Positions 1 through 12,615 of a stretch of 64,000 nucleotides of DNA are shown piece by piece; the first letter of the stretch is position 1; each line of letters begins with the position of its first letter. A program made the position numbers and the translations under genes. The notes under the pieces are model-generated. The model saw only the letters and a program-made list of their open reading frames with translations, was not told the origin of the DNA and did not search any database. The stretch is from Octopus vulgaris. Lineage: Eukaryota. The stretch spans positions 21,514,001 to 21,578,000 of the forward strand of contig OX597841.1 of the NCBI GenBank assembly GCA_951406725.2. The letters run 5' to 3'.

Positions 1-15
1 CTTGTTTCCGTGCAG
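1..15 (-). CDS. Possible second coding exon of the divergent gene (AARKQ...), runs off the window
   Basis: Pyrimidine-rich tract then catcag acceptor; phase 1 matches the exon at 4345-4384; only 15 nt visible. Confidence 0.3.
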
Positions 16-169
16 CTGATGATGATGATGATGATGATGGTGATGGTGATGGTGGTGGGGACAATTGTGATGGCAGCCAGAGGAAAACCATTGGAAAAAG
101 AGAAAGAGAGGAAAAAAGAAAACCACATTACAACATGTACAACTGCTGAAATATTGATGGAATGGTCAT

Positions 170-955
170 AGGCGCAGGAGTGGCTGTGTGGTAAGTAGCT
201 TGCTTACCAACCACATGGTTCCAGGTTCAGTCCCACTGCGTGGCACCTTGGGCAAGTGTCTTCCACTATATATAGCCTCGGGTCGACCAAAGCCTTGTGA
301 GTGGATTTGGTAGGTGAAAACTGAAAGAAACCCATCGCATATATATATATATATTGGCGCAGGAGTGGCTGTGTGGTAAGTAGTTTACCAACCACATGGT
401 TCCGGGTTCAGTCCCACTGCGCGGCACCTTGGGCAAGTGTCTTCTACTGTAGCCTCGGGCCGACCAAAGCTTTGTGAGTGGATTTGGTAGATGGAAACTG
501 AAAGAAGTCCGTCGTATATATGTATATATATGCATATATATATATACATATATATAGGCGCAGGAATGGCTGTGTGGTAAGTAGCTTGTTTACCAACCAC
601 ATGGTTCCGGGTTCAGTCCCACTGCGTGGCATCTTGGGCAGGTGTCTTCTGCTATAGCCCCGGGCTGACCAATGCCTTGTGAGTGGATTTGGTAGACGGA
701 AAGTGAAAGAAGCCTGTCGTATATATGTATATATATATATATGTGTGTGTATGTGTCTGTGTTTGTTCCCCTAACATCGCTTGACAACCGATGCTGGTGT
801 GTTTACGTCCCCGTCACTTAGCGGTTCAGCAAAAGAGACCAGTAGAATAAGTACTGGGCTTACAAAGAATAAGTCCCGGGGTCGATTTGCTCGACTAAAG
901 GCGGTGCTCCAGCATGGCTGCAGTCAAATGACTGAAACAAGTAAAAGAAAAAAGA
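170..955 (+). mobile_element. tRNA-derived SINE family A cluster (two 5' halves plus one full copy)
   Basis: A-box TGGCTGTGTGG, B-box GGTTCAGTCCC, internal (TA)n/(TG)n, 3' tail ...GACTGAAACAAGTAAAAGAG; over 25 copies or fragments in the window. Confidence 0.85.
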
Positions 956-1649
956 AAAGAAAAATAGTTGGAACACCTTTGGTAATTAGACAGCTGGATC
1001 AGAGCTGACCAGGGGTTAAACAACAAGAGCAAGGAAGATGCATTTGATAATGTAATCCAGGTTCAGTCCCACCGAGTGGCACATTGGGCGAGGGTCTTCT
1101 GCTTTATAGCCCCAGGCTAAACAAAGCTGAGAAGATTCAGTAAATGGAGACAGAATGAAGCCCATTCTATGTCTGTGTATGTGCTTGTGCTTGTGTGTGT
1201 GTGTTTGTATGTGCATGTGTGTTTGTATGTGTGTTTGTATGTGTGTGTATGTGTGTGTGTTTTTTGGGTGTGTTTGTATGTGTTTGTGTATGTGTTTTTG
1301 TGTGTTTATGTGTGTTTGTGTATATTTGTGCATGTGTGTGTGTGTCTGTGTGCCTGCTTGTTCCTCACCATCACTCGACAACCAATGTTGGCTTATGTCC
1401 CTGTAACTTAGCAGTTCGGTAAAAAGAGACCAATAGAATAAGTACCAGGCCTTAAAAAAAAAAAAGGTAAGTCCTGCAGTCGATTCAATGCAGTGCCCCA
1501 GCATGGCCACAGTCCTCTTGCTCAGCATCTTTTGTCAAACTGTCCAACCCATGGCAGCCTGGAAAAAAGGGGCATTAAATGATGATGCTCAAAGGTCCTT
1601 CCCCAGTTCATAGGCTAGTTTCCCAGATTCTGTCCCCACCTGGACAGAA

Positions 1650-2130
1650 CACCGGTTTGTTAGTTAGTTAATTTTTTGGCTCAAAAAGCAAAAAGCAAGG
1701 CCATGTAGGGGGACATGGAGTTATGTACAGGGAGGGTGTTCACGCAAAGAGTTCAGGCCATTTCTGGTCAAGGGAGACTTTGAACCGAGCGGTCGTTGGC
1801 ATCTTCACTATCTCGTCTGGCAGCTTATTCCACGGATCCGCAACCCGGACGGAGAAAACCCCTCTCCTTCGATTGAGATGAAATCATCGCAGATAGAGCT
1901 TTTCAGAGTGACCCCGCAGCCTACGCTCTGGAGCAGGAGTGAAGAATAGCTCTTTCAAGAGGTTACACTTTCCGCTTATGATGTTGTGAGCAAGAATGAC
2001 ATCACCACGGCGGCGGCGTTTTTCTAGAGAATAAAGGTCGAGTGTCTTCAGCCTTTCTTCATAAGAGAAATGCTTGAGACCAAGAACCATGCGGGTAGCC
2101 ACCTTCTGGACTCTTTTTGCCACAGGGCTA
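1650..2130 (-). mobile_element. CR1-type LINE 3' fragment (ORF2 C-terminus)
   Basis: RVQKVATRMVLGLKHFSYEERLKTLDLYSLEKRRRRGD...RGHSEKL motif. Confidence 0.85.
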
Positions 2131-2302
2131 ATCATTTTTTGCCAGCTGAGTGACCCGGAGCAACGCGAAATTAAGTGTTTTGCTCGAAAACACAACGCCT
2201 CACCTGGTGCAGGAATCGAAATCGCAATCTTACGACCATGAAGGCAACACACTAACTACTAAACCATGCACCTCCACAAATGATGATGATGATGATATAC
2301 AA

Positions 2303-2718
2303 TAGGCGGTGAGCTGGCAGAATGGTTAGCACGCCGGGTGAAATGCGTAGTCGTATTTCGTCTGCTGTTATGTTCTGAGTTCAAATTCCGCCGAGGTCGA
2401 CTTTGCCTTTCATCTTTCCGGGGTCGATAAATTGAGTACCAGTAACGCACTGGGGTCGATATAATCGACTTAACCCGTTTGTCTGTCCTTGTTTGTCTCC
2501 TCTGTGTTTAGCCCCTTGTGGGTAGTAAAGAAATAGGTATTTCGTCTGTCGTTACGTTCTGAGTTCAAATTCTGCTGAGGTCGACTTTGCCTTTCATCTT
2601 TCCGGGGTCGATAAATTAAGTACCAGTTACGCACTGGGGTCGATGTAATCGACTTAATCCGTTTGTCTGTCCTTCTTTGTCCCCTCTGTGTTTAGCCCCT
2701 TGAGGACAACTAAGAAAC
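2303..2718 (+). mobile_element. tRNA-derived SINE family B (Meta-like core), tandem 3' duplication
   Basis: B-box GAGTTCAAATTCC and core GCCTTTCATCCTTTCGGGGTCGATAAATTAAGTACC; other copies at 6892, 15787, 29304, 39662 and 58740. Confidence 0.8.
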
Positions 2719-3769
2719 AGATATACAATACATACACACACACAAACACACGCTTACATTTGAGGGCCAATAGGGCACTATTTTCAAATACTGTGGTATA
2801 CAGAGTCACTTCTATAGGAACATGTATTTTTGTTCGGGACTGAAATTAGAAGCCAAAGGCCATGGACACGATGAGAGACGGCAAGAAACGAGAAGGGAAT
2901 CAACCAGTTACATTCACTTCTACGGCAAGGGACGATTACCTCCCCTTCACAAGCCATTTCTGATACTTGAAAGCGAGCTGGCAGAATCGTTAGCACGCCG
3001 GGCAAAGTGCTTTGCGGCATTTCGTCCGTTCAAATCCCGCCCAGGTCGGCTTTGCCTTTCATCCTTTCGGAGCCGATTGAATAAATGCGAGCGAAACACT
3101 GAGGTCAAAGTAATCGACTAGTCGCCTCCCACCAATTATGAGACCTTGTGCCTCTGGTAGAAAGGATTCCGCCGAGGTCGACTTTGCTTTTCATCCTTTC
3201 GGGGTCGATAAATTAAGTACAAGTGAGATACTGACATCAATATTATCGACTAGTCCCCCGCCCCAAATAGCTGGCCTTGTAGCAAAATCTTTACATATTC
3301 GCACACATACACGTGTGTTTGAGTGTGCGCGCGAAAAGCTTCCTCACAGTTTTATCCACAAAATTCTGATCAAAGGATAGTGAATAGCTTGAAGTATTTA
3401 GACTCGAACTTAAAGAGATGTGTTTGCGAAGCGGGCTTCTTAACCATACACCAAACAACCATGCTTCTTCACTAAAATGCAAACACGTTACACACACACA
3501 CAATCCTTTCTACTATAGACACAGGCACAAGGGCTGGAAATTTGGAGGTGGATAGCGATTATATCGACCCCTGTATTCGACAGATATATATATATTTTTT
3601 CCAATTGCAAAGGATGAAAAGCAAAGAGGATCTCACGACATTCGAACTCTGAACGTAAAGCGGAAAAAAATGCTGCAAAGCAGTTTTCCCGGTGCGCTAA
3701 CGATTCTGCCAGCTAGCCATTACACACACACACATACATTGATTTTTTTCTTTTTTTTAAGAGATGTTT

Positions 3770-3995
3770 GCGGCGCGTGATTTAGTGGTTCGGGTGTTGG
3801 ACTCTTAAGATTGCAGTTTCGATTCCTGGAACGGGCGATGCATTGTGTTCTTGAGCAAAACACTTCATTTCAAAGTGCCCCTAGTCCACTGAGCTAGTAA
3901 AAATAAGTATTCCCGCGACGGGTGTCCAGTCAAGGAGAGAATATATAGCTATAGAAACCGGCCCCTTGTGAGTCTATAAGAGTCGGGAAGTGGCT
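3770..3995 (+). mobile_element. tRNA-derived SINE family D
   Basis: TTTAGTGG...TTCGATTCC boxes and TGTGTTCTTGAGCAAAACACTTCATTTCA core; copies at 41580, 42285, 48190 (+) and 2160, 12640 (-). Confidence 0.7.
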
Positions 3996-4344
3996 TTATC
4001 TTTTATTATTTTTTTTATCCTGTTTATGACCGGATCACTTTTGATCAAAGGTTTACCGAGTCAGGGAAGACCTGGTACTAAACAACAACATAGGACATAT
4101 TACATTTGAATAAAAGACACAACAAACGAAGCCGGGGCATATTTTGATCGCAGTTCTCCCGGATCCGGACTGACCCGGGCTGTATGTAAACATCAACCAC
4201 GTAGAAAATATTTAGAAATCTACGTCTTCTGAAAAGCAATCTACACATAAGAGTTATACACGTGATATAGTTAAACATTTATCTATTTAATTTGGGTAAT
4301 AAGAACAGCAGAAGATGGGTATTTAATAAGAAAACGGGGCAAAC

Positions 4345-4384
4345 CTCGTAGCTGAGACATTTCTTCGAGGTCGTCGTCAGCCAT
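4345..4384 (-). CDS. First coding exon of an unidentified divergent gene (MADDDLEEMSQLR)
   Basis: CpG-rich unique island, aacagcATGG start context, 40 nt then G|GTTTGC donor. Confidence 0.5.
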
Positions 4385-4509
4385 GCTGTTGTTGATAGCG
4401 GTGGGTTTTTATCTCCTTTGCTGAAGAACGACGCTTGGCGCGCTTGGTTCGCGTGGTGATCTCCTTATCGCGTATTTGTAGGCTGACTTGATAAATATTC
4501 GCATGCATG

Positions 4510-5212
4510 GAAACATGTATGTATGTATGCATTCATGCATGCGTGTATGTATGTATGTATGTATGTATGCATTCATGCATGCGTGTATGTATGTATGTAT
4601 GTATTCGGTTTATTTCAAGATTTCTTGCCAATAGAGAAAGAACCGGTTTCTAACCTAGATCCAAGGCTCCTTCATTGGAATTTCATCATCAACAGGATAA
4701 TTCTGTTTGTTTGTTTGTATGTATGTATGTGTGTATGTATGTATGTATATATGTGTGTGTGTATGTATGTATGTATGTATGTATGTATGTATGTATGTAT
4801 GTATGTATGTATGTATGATGTATGTATGTGTGTATGTATGTTTGTATGATGTATGTATGTTTGTATGTATGATGTATGTATGTATGATGTATGTATATAT
4901 GTATGTATGTATATATGTATGATGTATGTATGTATTTATGTATGTATGTATATATGTATGTATGTATATATGTATGTATGATTTGTGTATGTATGATGTT
5001 TGTATGTATGTACGTATGTATGTATGTATGTACGTACGTATGTATGATGTATGTGTGTACGTACGTACGTATGTATGATGTATGTGTGTACGTACGTACG
5101 TATGTATGATGTATGTGTGTACGTACGTACGTATGTATGTACGTACGTATGTATGTACGTACGTATGTATGATGTATGTGCGTAAGTGTGTGAATGCATG
5201 CATGTATGTATG
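4510..5212. repeat. (TATG)n compound microsatellite
   Basis: Direct reading. Confidence 0.95.
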
Positions 5213-5747
5213 TCTCTTCAGTTTTTAATCATTTAAATTCTTCGTTTGAAGAAGGAACCGCTTTCTAACTTAGATACGGAGCTTTGCCATCGTTATGTAG
5301 TTAAAGAACACGAGTGAGAATTGATAACTTGAATCAAAAATCAAAATCGAAATCGATCAACATCAATGGAAATTGTAGCTGTGATACAATTTGTATGGAG
5401 GATGTTTACAGCTATTGGAATGGGAGGAATGGAGCCAGGGAAGGAGGGGCTGTGCACAAAAGCCTCTTGTTAGTATTGGAACAAGAGAAAGGAGTTAAGC
5501 TGAAAGTCAGGAGGAGATGAGGAGCAGAGATATGGTCACTTCTACGGACCCACCAACAGGAGTGTTAAGGGCCAGGGTTGAAACACCTAATAAGAGTTAC
5601 ATACTGTCTGATGACATCAGTTCTTCCTGATCAAAGCTCTATTCACTTTGGTGAAGGGAAAAGAAGTACCTTCTTCTCAGTGTTATCAATAATACACACA
5701 CATTTATAAATATACAAAGGAGTGTTGAAAAGTTCCTGGTTTTGGAT

Positions 5748-6160
5748 AATAATAATGAAATTATTGTATACAGTGCTCAGGTGCACCACAACTTGTCAGA
5801 AAGTGCGTATAGAGTATATGCAGTAATGTACAAATGTCTGGAAAGTGAACAGTGTATGAATCAGATACATGCTTGCGTGTGTATGGTGGGGAGAATATCA
5901 GGTGTAGTGTTGGCGAATCTCAGGAAGCATGGAAGTTTTGAAGGATGCAGTGCTCCGACAACTAACAACTGATGCCGGCAGTTTGTTCCATGCTTCAGCA
6001 ACTCTCAGCGTGAAAAAATGTTTCCTAAAGTCATGGGAGCTGTGCTGTTTTCTGACTTTGTAAACATGTCCACGGGTGTTAGACAGACGGTGTTTAAAAA
6101 GGTACTCAGAGTTATTGTTTGTAAGATGGTTGATAATTTTATGGGTGTTTGCCAAGTTAG
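5748..6160 (-). mobile_element. CR1-type LINE 3' end with (ATT)n tail
   Basis: NTRGHVYK...[21 protein letters not shown]; same family at 32620-32892 (+). Confidence 0.85.
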
Positions 6161-6365
6161 CTGCCAGACATCGGAGTTTCTTATGTAATTCATAATCTAA
6201 TTGTGCTCAACAGCTGTTTTATTAAGATAATTAAATATGTAATTACATGATTGTGATACAAAGATGGAGTAATTGAGGGAAAATACATTTGGCTTTGATT
6301 TATTGACTTAGAACTTGGAGCTGAAACTGACAGGATCCAATATATGTGTGTATATAGGAGTATAT

Positions 6366-6407
<42 letters not shown>

Positions 6408-6409
<2 letters not shown>

Positions 6410-6702
6410 GGTGTTGGAGAAGACTTTTGCGGATTCCATGCACAGCGCGGCTCACCAATGGAGAAGTTCTTAAGCAGATCAGGCCGAAAATGTCGCTAGA
6501 GGCTATGATCACCAAGCATAGATTGGCATATTTCGGTCATATTATGAGGAGAAAATCCCTGGAGAAGGACATCATGCTCGGAATGGTCAGTGGCAAGAGA
6601 GGAAGAGGCCGACCAAGAACCCGCTGGCTTGACACCATCAAGGGTGATACCGGAATGGACATAGCCAATCTGAAAGAAGCGGCCCAGGATAGAACTGACT
6701 GA
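6408..6702 (+). mobile_element. RTE (BovB-like) LINE 3' fragment
   Basis: WCWRRLLRIP...LAYFGHIMRR...LEKDIMLG...RGRGRPRTRWLD. Confidence 0.88.
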
Positions 6703-7321
6703 AGGATTTGCTCGACTAAAGACGGTGCTCCAGCATGGCTGCAGTCAAATGACTGAAACAAGTAAAAAAAAAATTTTTTTTTTTAATATATATATATAAA
6801 TACGCACATATAGATACGCGCATGTACACACTCAGATCTACAAGGGCCAACCTTGAGAGTGGCTTTTGTAGACAGAAAGAAGCCTGTCGATCTGGCAGAA
6901 ACGTTAGCATGCCGGGCAAAATGCTTAGCAGTATTTCGTCTGCCGTTACGTTCTGAGTTCAAATTCTGCCGAGGTCGATTTTGCCTTTCATCCTTTCAGG
7001 GTCGATAAATTAAGTACCAGTTACGCATTGGGGTCGATATAATCGACTTAATCCGTTTGTCTGTCCTTGTTTGCCCCCTCTGTGTTTTGCCACTTGTGGG
7101 TAGTAAAGAAATATATATGTGTGTATGAGTGTGTGTGGGGGGGATCTGTGTCTGTGTTTGTCTCCACGTCCCCGTAACTTAGCGGTTCAGCAAAAAAGAC
7201 CGAGAGGATAAGTACTAGGCTTGCAAAGAATAAGTCCCGGGGTCGATTTGTTCGACTGAAGGCGGTGTTCCAGCATGGCCGCAGTCAAATGACTGAAACA
7301 AAAGAAAGAAAGGATATACTT

Positions 7322-8932
7322 GATACACAAACACACACACACGCACACGCAAACACACAGACACACACCAAACAGATACACACACGCACACGCAAACACA
7401 CACCAAACAGATACACACACGCACACGCAAACACACAGACACACACCAAACAGATACACACACGCACACACAAACACACACACACACACGCAAACACACA
7501 GACACACACCAAACAGATACACACACGCACACGCAAACACACAGACACACACCAAACAGATACACACACGCACACGCAAACACACAGACACACACCAAAC
7601 AGATACACACACGCACACGCAAACACACAGACACACACCAAACAGATACACACACGCACACGCAAACACACAGACACACACCAAACAGATACACACACGC
7701 GCACGCAAACACACACACACACCCACAGACACACACACACACACGCAAACACACAGACACACACCAAACAGATACACACACGCACACGCAAACACACAGA
7801 CACACACCAAACAGATACACACACGCACACGCAAACACACAGACACACACCAAACAGATACACACACACGCACGCAAACACACACACACACCCACAGACA
7901 CACACACACACACGCAAACACACAGACACACACCAAACAGATACACACACGCACACGCAAACACACACACACACCCACACACACACACACACACACGCAA
8001 ACACACAGACACACCACCAAACAGACCAAACAGACACACACACACACAGATACACACACGCACACGCAAACACACAGACACACACCAAACAGATACACAC
8101 ACGCACACGCAAACACACAGACACACACCAAACAGATACACACACGCACACGCAAACACACAGACACACACCAAACAGATACACACACGCACACGCAAAC
8201 ACACAGACACACACCAAACAGATACACACACGCACACGCAAACACACAGACACACACCAAACAGATACACACACGCACACGCAAACACACAGACACACAC
8301 CAAACAGATACACACACGCACACGCAAACACACAGACACACACCAAACAGATACACACACGCACACGCAAACACACAGACACACACCAAACAGATACACA
8401 CACGCACACGCAAACACACAGACACACACCAAACAGATACACACACACGCACGCAAACACACACACACACACACAGACACACACACACACACGCAAACAC
8501 ACAGACACACACCAAACAGATACACACACGCACACGCAAACACACAGACACACACCAAACAGATACACACACGCACACGCAAACACACAGACACACACCA
8601 AACAGATACACACACACGCACGCAAACACACACACACACCCACAGACACACACACACACACGCAAACACACAGACACACACCAAACAGATACACACACGC
8701 ACACGCAAACACACAGACACACACCAAACAGATACACACACGCACACGCAAACACACAGACACACACCAAACAGATACACACACGCACACGCAAACACAC
8801 AGACACACACCAAACAGATACACACACGCACACGCAAACACACAGACACACACCAAACAGATACACACACGCACACGCAAACACACCCACAGACACACAC
8901 ACACGCAAACACACACACACCCACACGCAAAC
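7322..8932. repeat. 43-bp CA-derived minisatellite
   Basis: Unit GACACACACCAAACAGATACACACACGCACACGCAAACACACA repeated in tandem. Confidence 0.95.
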
Positions 8933-9499
8933 ATAACTACACGTCATTTCATTCCAACGGGCAACAGCCGTCGCCACAGCCGCCGCCGCCGTCTCCGCCT
9001 GCGCTCGGCCGTAACTGTATCATTAACACCACTATTGTTACTACTGCTATTGCTATGAGCGTAACCACCACCACCACCACCACCACCACCACCATGCACA
9101 ACAAACCTGGTCACCCACTACCATCACAACCACCACAACAAAAACATAACAACCGCGAAAGCCATTCGCCGCCGCCGCCACACATGCACCACCGCCACCA
9201 CCACTACTACCTCCCACACCGCCACCTCCATCACCACTACTACCTCCCCCACCGCCGCCGCCATCAACACTACTACCTCCCCCACCGCCGCCGCCATCAA
9301 CACTACTACCTCCCCCACCGCCGCCGCCATCACCACTACTACCTCCTCCACCGCCGCCGCCATCAGCACTACTACCCTCCCCCACCGCCGCCGCCATCAC
9401 CACCACTACCTCTCCACCGCCATCACCACCACTAGTACCTCACCACCACCGCCGCCGCCATCACCACCACTACTACCTTCCCCCCACCGCTCTCGTCCC

Positions 9500-9569
9500 A
9501 CAGCTTCCTTAGTAACGAGTCACGTGACAGCTTCTCAAGCAACAATAGTCAAATATGGCGGCCGTAAGT
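9500..9569 (+). promoter_or_regulatory. Probable MAK core promoter and first exon: X-box, E-box, X-box, YY1-like motif, splice donor
   Basis: GCTTCCTTAGTAAC (9503-9516) and GCTTCTCAAGCAAC (9530-9543) fit RYYNYY-N2-RRNRAC. GTCACGTGAC at 9519-9528; AATATGGCGGCC followed by GTAAGT at 9564; CpG-rich context from 8940. Confidence 0.65.
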
Positions 9570-10230
9570 TTGTTATTTTCTTTTCCTCTCTCGACTTCGT
9601 CTCTGTTTTTGTGTCTCTTTTTTCCCATGTCTCTCTTCTGCCCCCTCAACAAACAAGTCATGTCCTGAAGTCTTTTTGAATTTACCCTTTATTTTCCTCG
9701 TTGTTTCTTATCTACTTGATTCAGCCTCCCTTTCTCACCCTCTCTCCTTTCTTTCCAATGTACATTCTTTTGTACATCCACCAGTTTCCTCTCTCTTCTC
9801 CGCTTTCTCTGCGTATATACGACGGGACAGCCAAGTCCCTGGCTTTAACGGTGTCGCAAAAGTCCTGGCTGGAGGCCCGACTTTACGAGGTTTTTTGGGG
9901 GTTTTTTCCCCCGAGGTTTAGGCTCAGAATAACTGAAGACCATTGCAATAAGTCAGTGGATATGAGAGGGGAATATGACCAACAAAACCATAATCAACAG
10001 ATCCAACCTCGATTTTCTTTTACCCAAAACCAGAAACTTTTCAACCACCCCTCGTATGTGAATATATATATATATATGTGTGTGTGTATGTGTCTATATA
10101 TATGTCTATATATATATATGTGTGTGTCTATATATATGTCTATATATATATGTGTGTGTGTCTATATATGTGTCTATATATATGTCTATATATATATATA
10201 TATGTATACATATGTATATGTATACATATA

Positions 10231-10279
<49 letters not shown>

Positions 10280-10352
10280 ATAAAACGGTAAGATAACAAA
10301 AGAAAGAAAGAGACCTCAATATTATGTAAATAGAGGAAATTTATCTATACAA

Positions 10353-10639
10353 TAATATGTTACCATTATTCAATAGTTAAGATAAAACTCTGAGTTTCAG
10401 ATGCCGAAGTGGAAATCCACAACACCATCTCATCGGTTATCTGGCCATCTGAAAAAAATCATAATTAACAGATCCCCCTCTATTTTGTTTTACCCAAAAC
10501 CAGAAACTTTTCAACCACCCCTCGTATGTAAATATATATACAGATGGCCAGATAACCGAAGTGATGGTGTTGTGGATTTCCACTTCGGCATCTGAAACTC
10601 AGAGTTTTATCTTGACTATTGAATAATGGTAACATATTA
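10353..10639. mobile_element. Fold-back Penelope-like terminal element with hammerhead motifs in both arms
   Basis: Inverted arms 10353-10451 and 10541-10639, flanked by (TA)n. Confidence 0.65.
10380..10442 (-). ncRNA. Type I hammerhead-like motif (CCGAUGA core, extended stem II)
   Basis: agauaa-CCGAUGA-gaug...cauc-u-GAAA-CUC-A-GA-GUU-uuaucu. Confidence 0.55.
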
Positions 10640-10645
10640 ATTTAC

Positions 10646-10713
<68 letters not shown>

Positions 10714-10755
10714 ATATTTCGGAATGGTCATATTGCCAGTTTAGCCAATAAAGGA

Positions 10756-10795
10756 CCACTGATGCGGTCACAGGAGTGTGACGAAAGAACTCTGG
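10756..10795 (+). ncRNA. Minimal type I hammerhead-like motif (CUGAUGC core)
   Basis: cca-CUGAUGC-G-GUCAC-aggagu-GUGAC-GAAA-G-aa-CUC-ugg, inside inverted arms 10706-10752 / 10874-10920. Confidence 0.5.
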
Positions 10796-11171
10796 CCGAA
10801 ATAAGATTAAGATTAATGTAAAAAATAAATAACACTGAAGCAAAATAACACCAAATATATAGTGCGTGTGTTTTTTATTGGCTAAACTGGCAAAATGACC
10901 ATTCCTAAATACAACAATATATATATATATATAATGCAGACACAGATAGACAGACAAGCAAGCAGATGGACACAGATATAAAGAAAAAAACAACCACACA
11001 ATTATATAAATATATATATATATATATATAAATACTGAGTTAAGAGAGACGTCTATATAGATATGTATATAATAAATGCAACGCACGAAACTCTCGAACC
11101 TTGAGTCACTGAAGTAGCCTCAAGAGATACACACACATATGCGCATATCTATCTATCTAACTATAAATGTA

Positions 11172-11232
<61 letters not shown>

Positions 11233-11361
11233 TACAATACTATCTGTAGTGTTGTTTATGCTGAGATGGAAGGAGGTTTGTTTACTTAACCTAGATTTCT
11301 TTGTAGCGGTTGACACTTGTCGGCTTTAGTTTGTATCGGCCGTCGAAGTACTGTGGCACAC

Positions 11362-11433
11362 ATCTCTCTCTCTCTCTCTCTCTGTGGATATCTATCTGTC
11401 TATCTATCTACCTGTCTATCTATCTGTCTGTCT

Positions 11434-11465
<32 letters not shown>

Positions 11466-11656
11466 ATCTATCTGTTTGTCCATCCATCCATCTGTGTCTG
11501 TCTATCTATCCATCTATCTAACTCTATCTATCTATCAATCTCTCTGTCTATATCTATCTATCTGTCTATATCTATCTATCTGTCTATATCTATCTATCCA
11601 TCCATCTATCTACCCATCTATCTATCTATCTGTCTATCTATCTATCTATCTATCTA

Positions 11657-11707
<51 letters not shown>

Positions 11708-11718
11708 TATCTATCTTG

Positions 11719-11773
<55 letters not shown>

Positions 11774-11848
11774 GTTTGTCCATCCATCTGTGTCTGTCTA
11801 TCTATCCATCTATCTAACTCTCTCTCTCTCTCTATATCTATCTATCTT
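11362..11848. repeat. (TCTA)n/(TCTG)n microsatellite
   Basis: Direct reading. Confidence 0.95.
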
Positions 11849-12174
11849 TGCAAACAAATGTGGTAACATGTAATAATATTGACCGAGGTTACCGTGGTCT
11901 TTTCCGTAGGCTTTTCTTCCCACGGATAAACCTTATCTGCCTCCCCCTTTACACTGTACATCATGACACGATCCCTATTGATCGTTTTATTTTCTTTTTC
12001 CCCTTTTTTCCTCTTTCTTTTCTTTTGTTTCTTTTCCTTTTTTTCTTCTTTCCCTTTTACGATCCCTTTTGATCGAAAACCTACCCCACTTTTTTTTTTT
12101 CTCCAAAAGAAGAAAAGCTCTACTTTGTAATCTGTCCCGTCTGTGTGCAGCCCTGTGTGGCTAATAAAGAAACA

Positions 12175-12218
<44 letters not shown>

Positions 12219-12359
12219 GTCTCATATATATGTGTGTGAGTGCCGTCTAAAGAGATGGGCACTCTGGGCAGTTGACCACAGGCCCCTCGCAGGTCGAGAG
12301 ATCCATTCCTACGTGTGCTGTGGTTTACTGTTAACATATACTGCAAGGCTCATTAACTG

Positions 12360-12615
12360 GGATCACCAAGCACAGATTGGCATATTTCGGTCATATTATG
12401 CTGAGAAAATCCCTGGAGAAGGACATCATGCTCGGAATGGTCAGTGGCAAGAGAGGAAGAGGCCAACCAAGAACCCGCTGGCTTGACACCATCAGGAGTG
12501 ATACGGGAATGGACATAGCCAGTCTGAAAGAAGCGGCCCAGGATAGAACTGACTGGAGGACACTGATCCAACGAGTGACCGAGGGTCGACTTCGACTGAG
12601 CGGATTGATAGATAG
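12360..12615 (+). mobile_element. RTE LINE 3' end (same family as 6408-6702)
   Basis: Near-identical sequence ending ...RVTEGRLRLSG with a (GATA)n tail. Confidence 0.85.

Noticed and set aside
170-250. tRNA-like A/B boxes (many copies)
   Set aside because: They are SINE heads without a complete cloverleaf, not tRNA genes.
4604-4705. - strand ATGAAGG-AGCCT..AGGTT-A-GAAACCGGTT, a possible hammerhead remnant (related piece near 5250-5290)
   Set aside because: The core has two mismatches and there is no stem I pairing, so it is too degenerate to call.
7187-9058. 540-600 aa Cys/Val or His/Thr ORFs
   Set aside because: These come from a stop-free 43-bp CA minisatellite.
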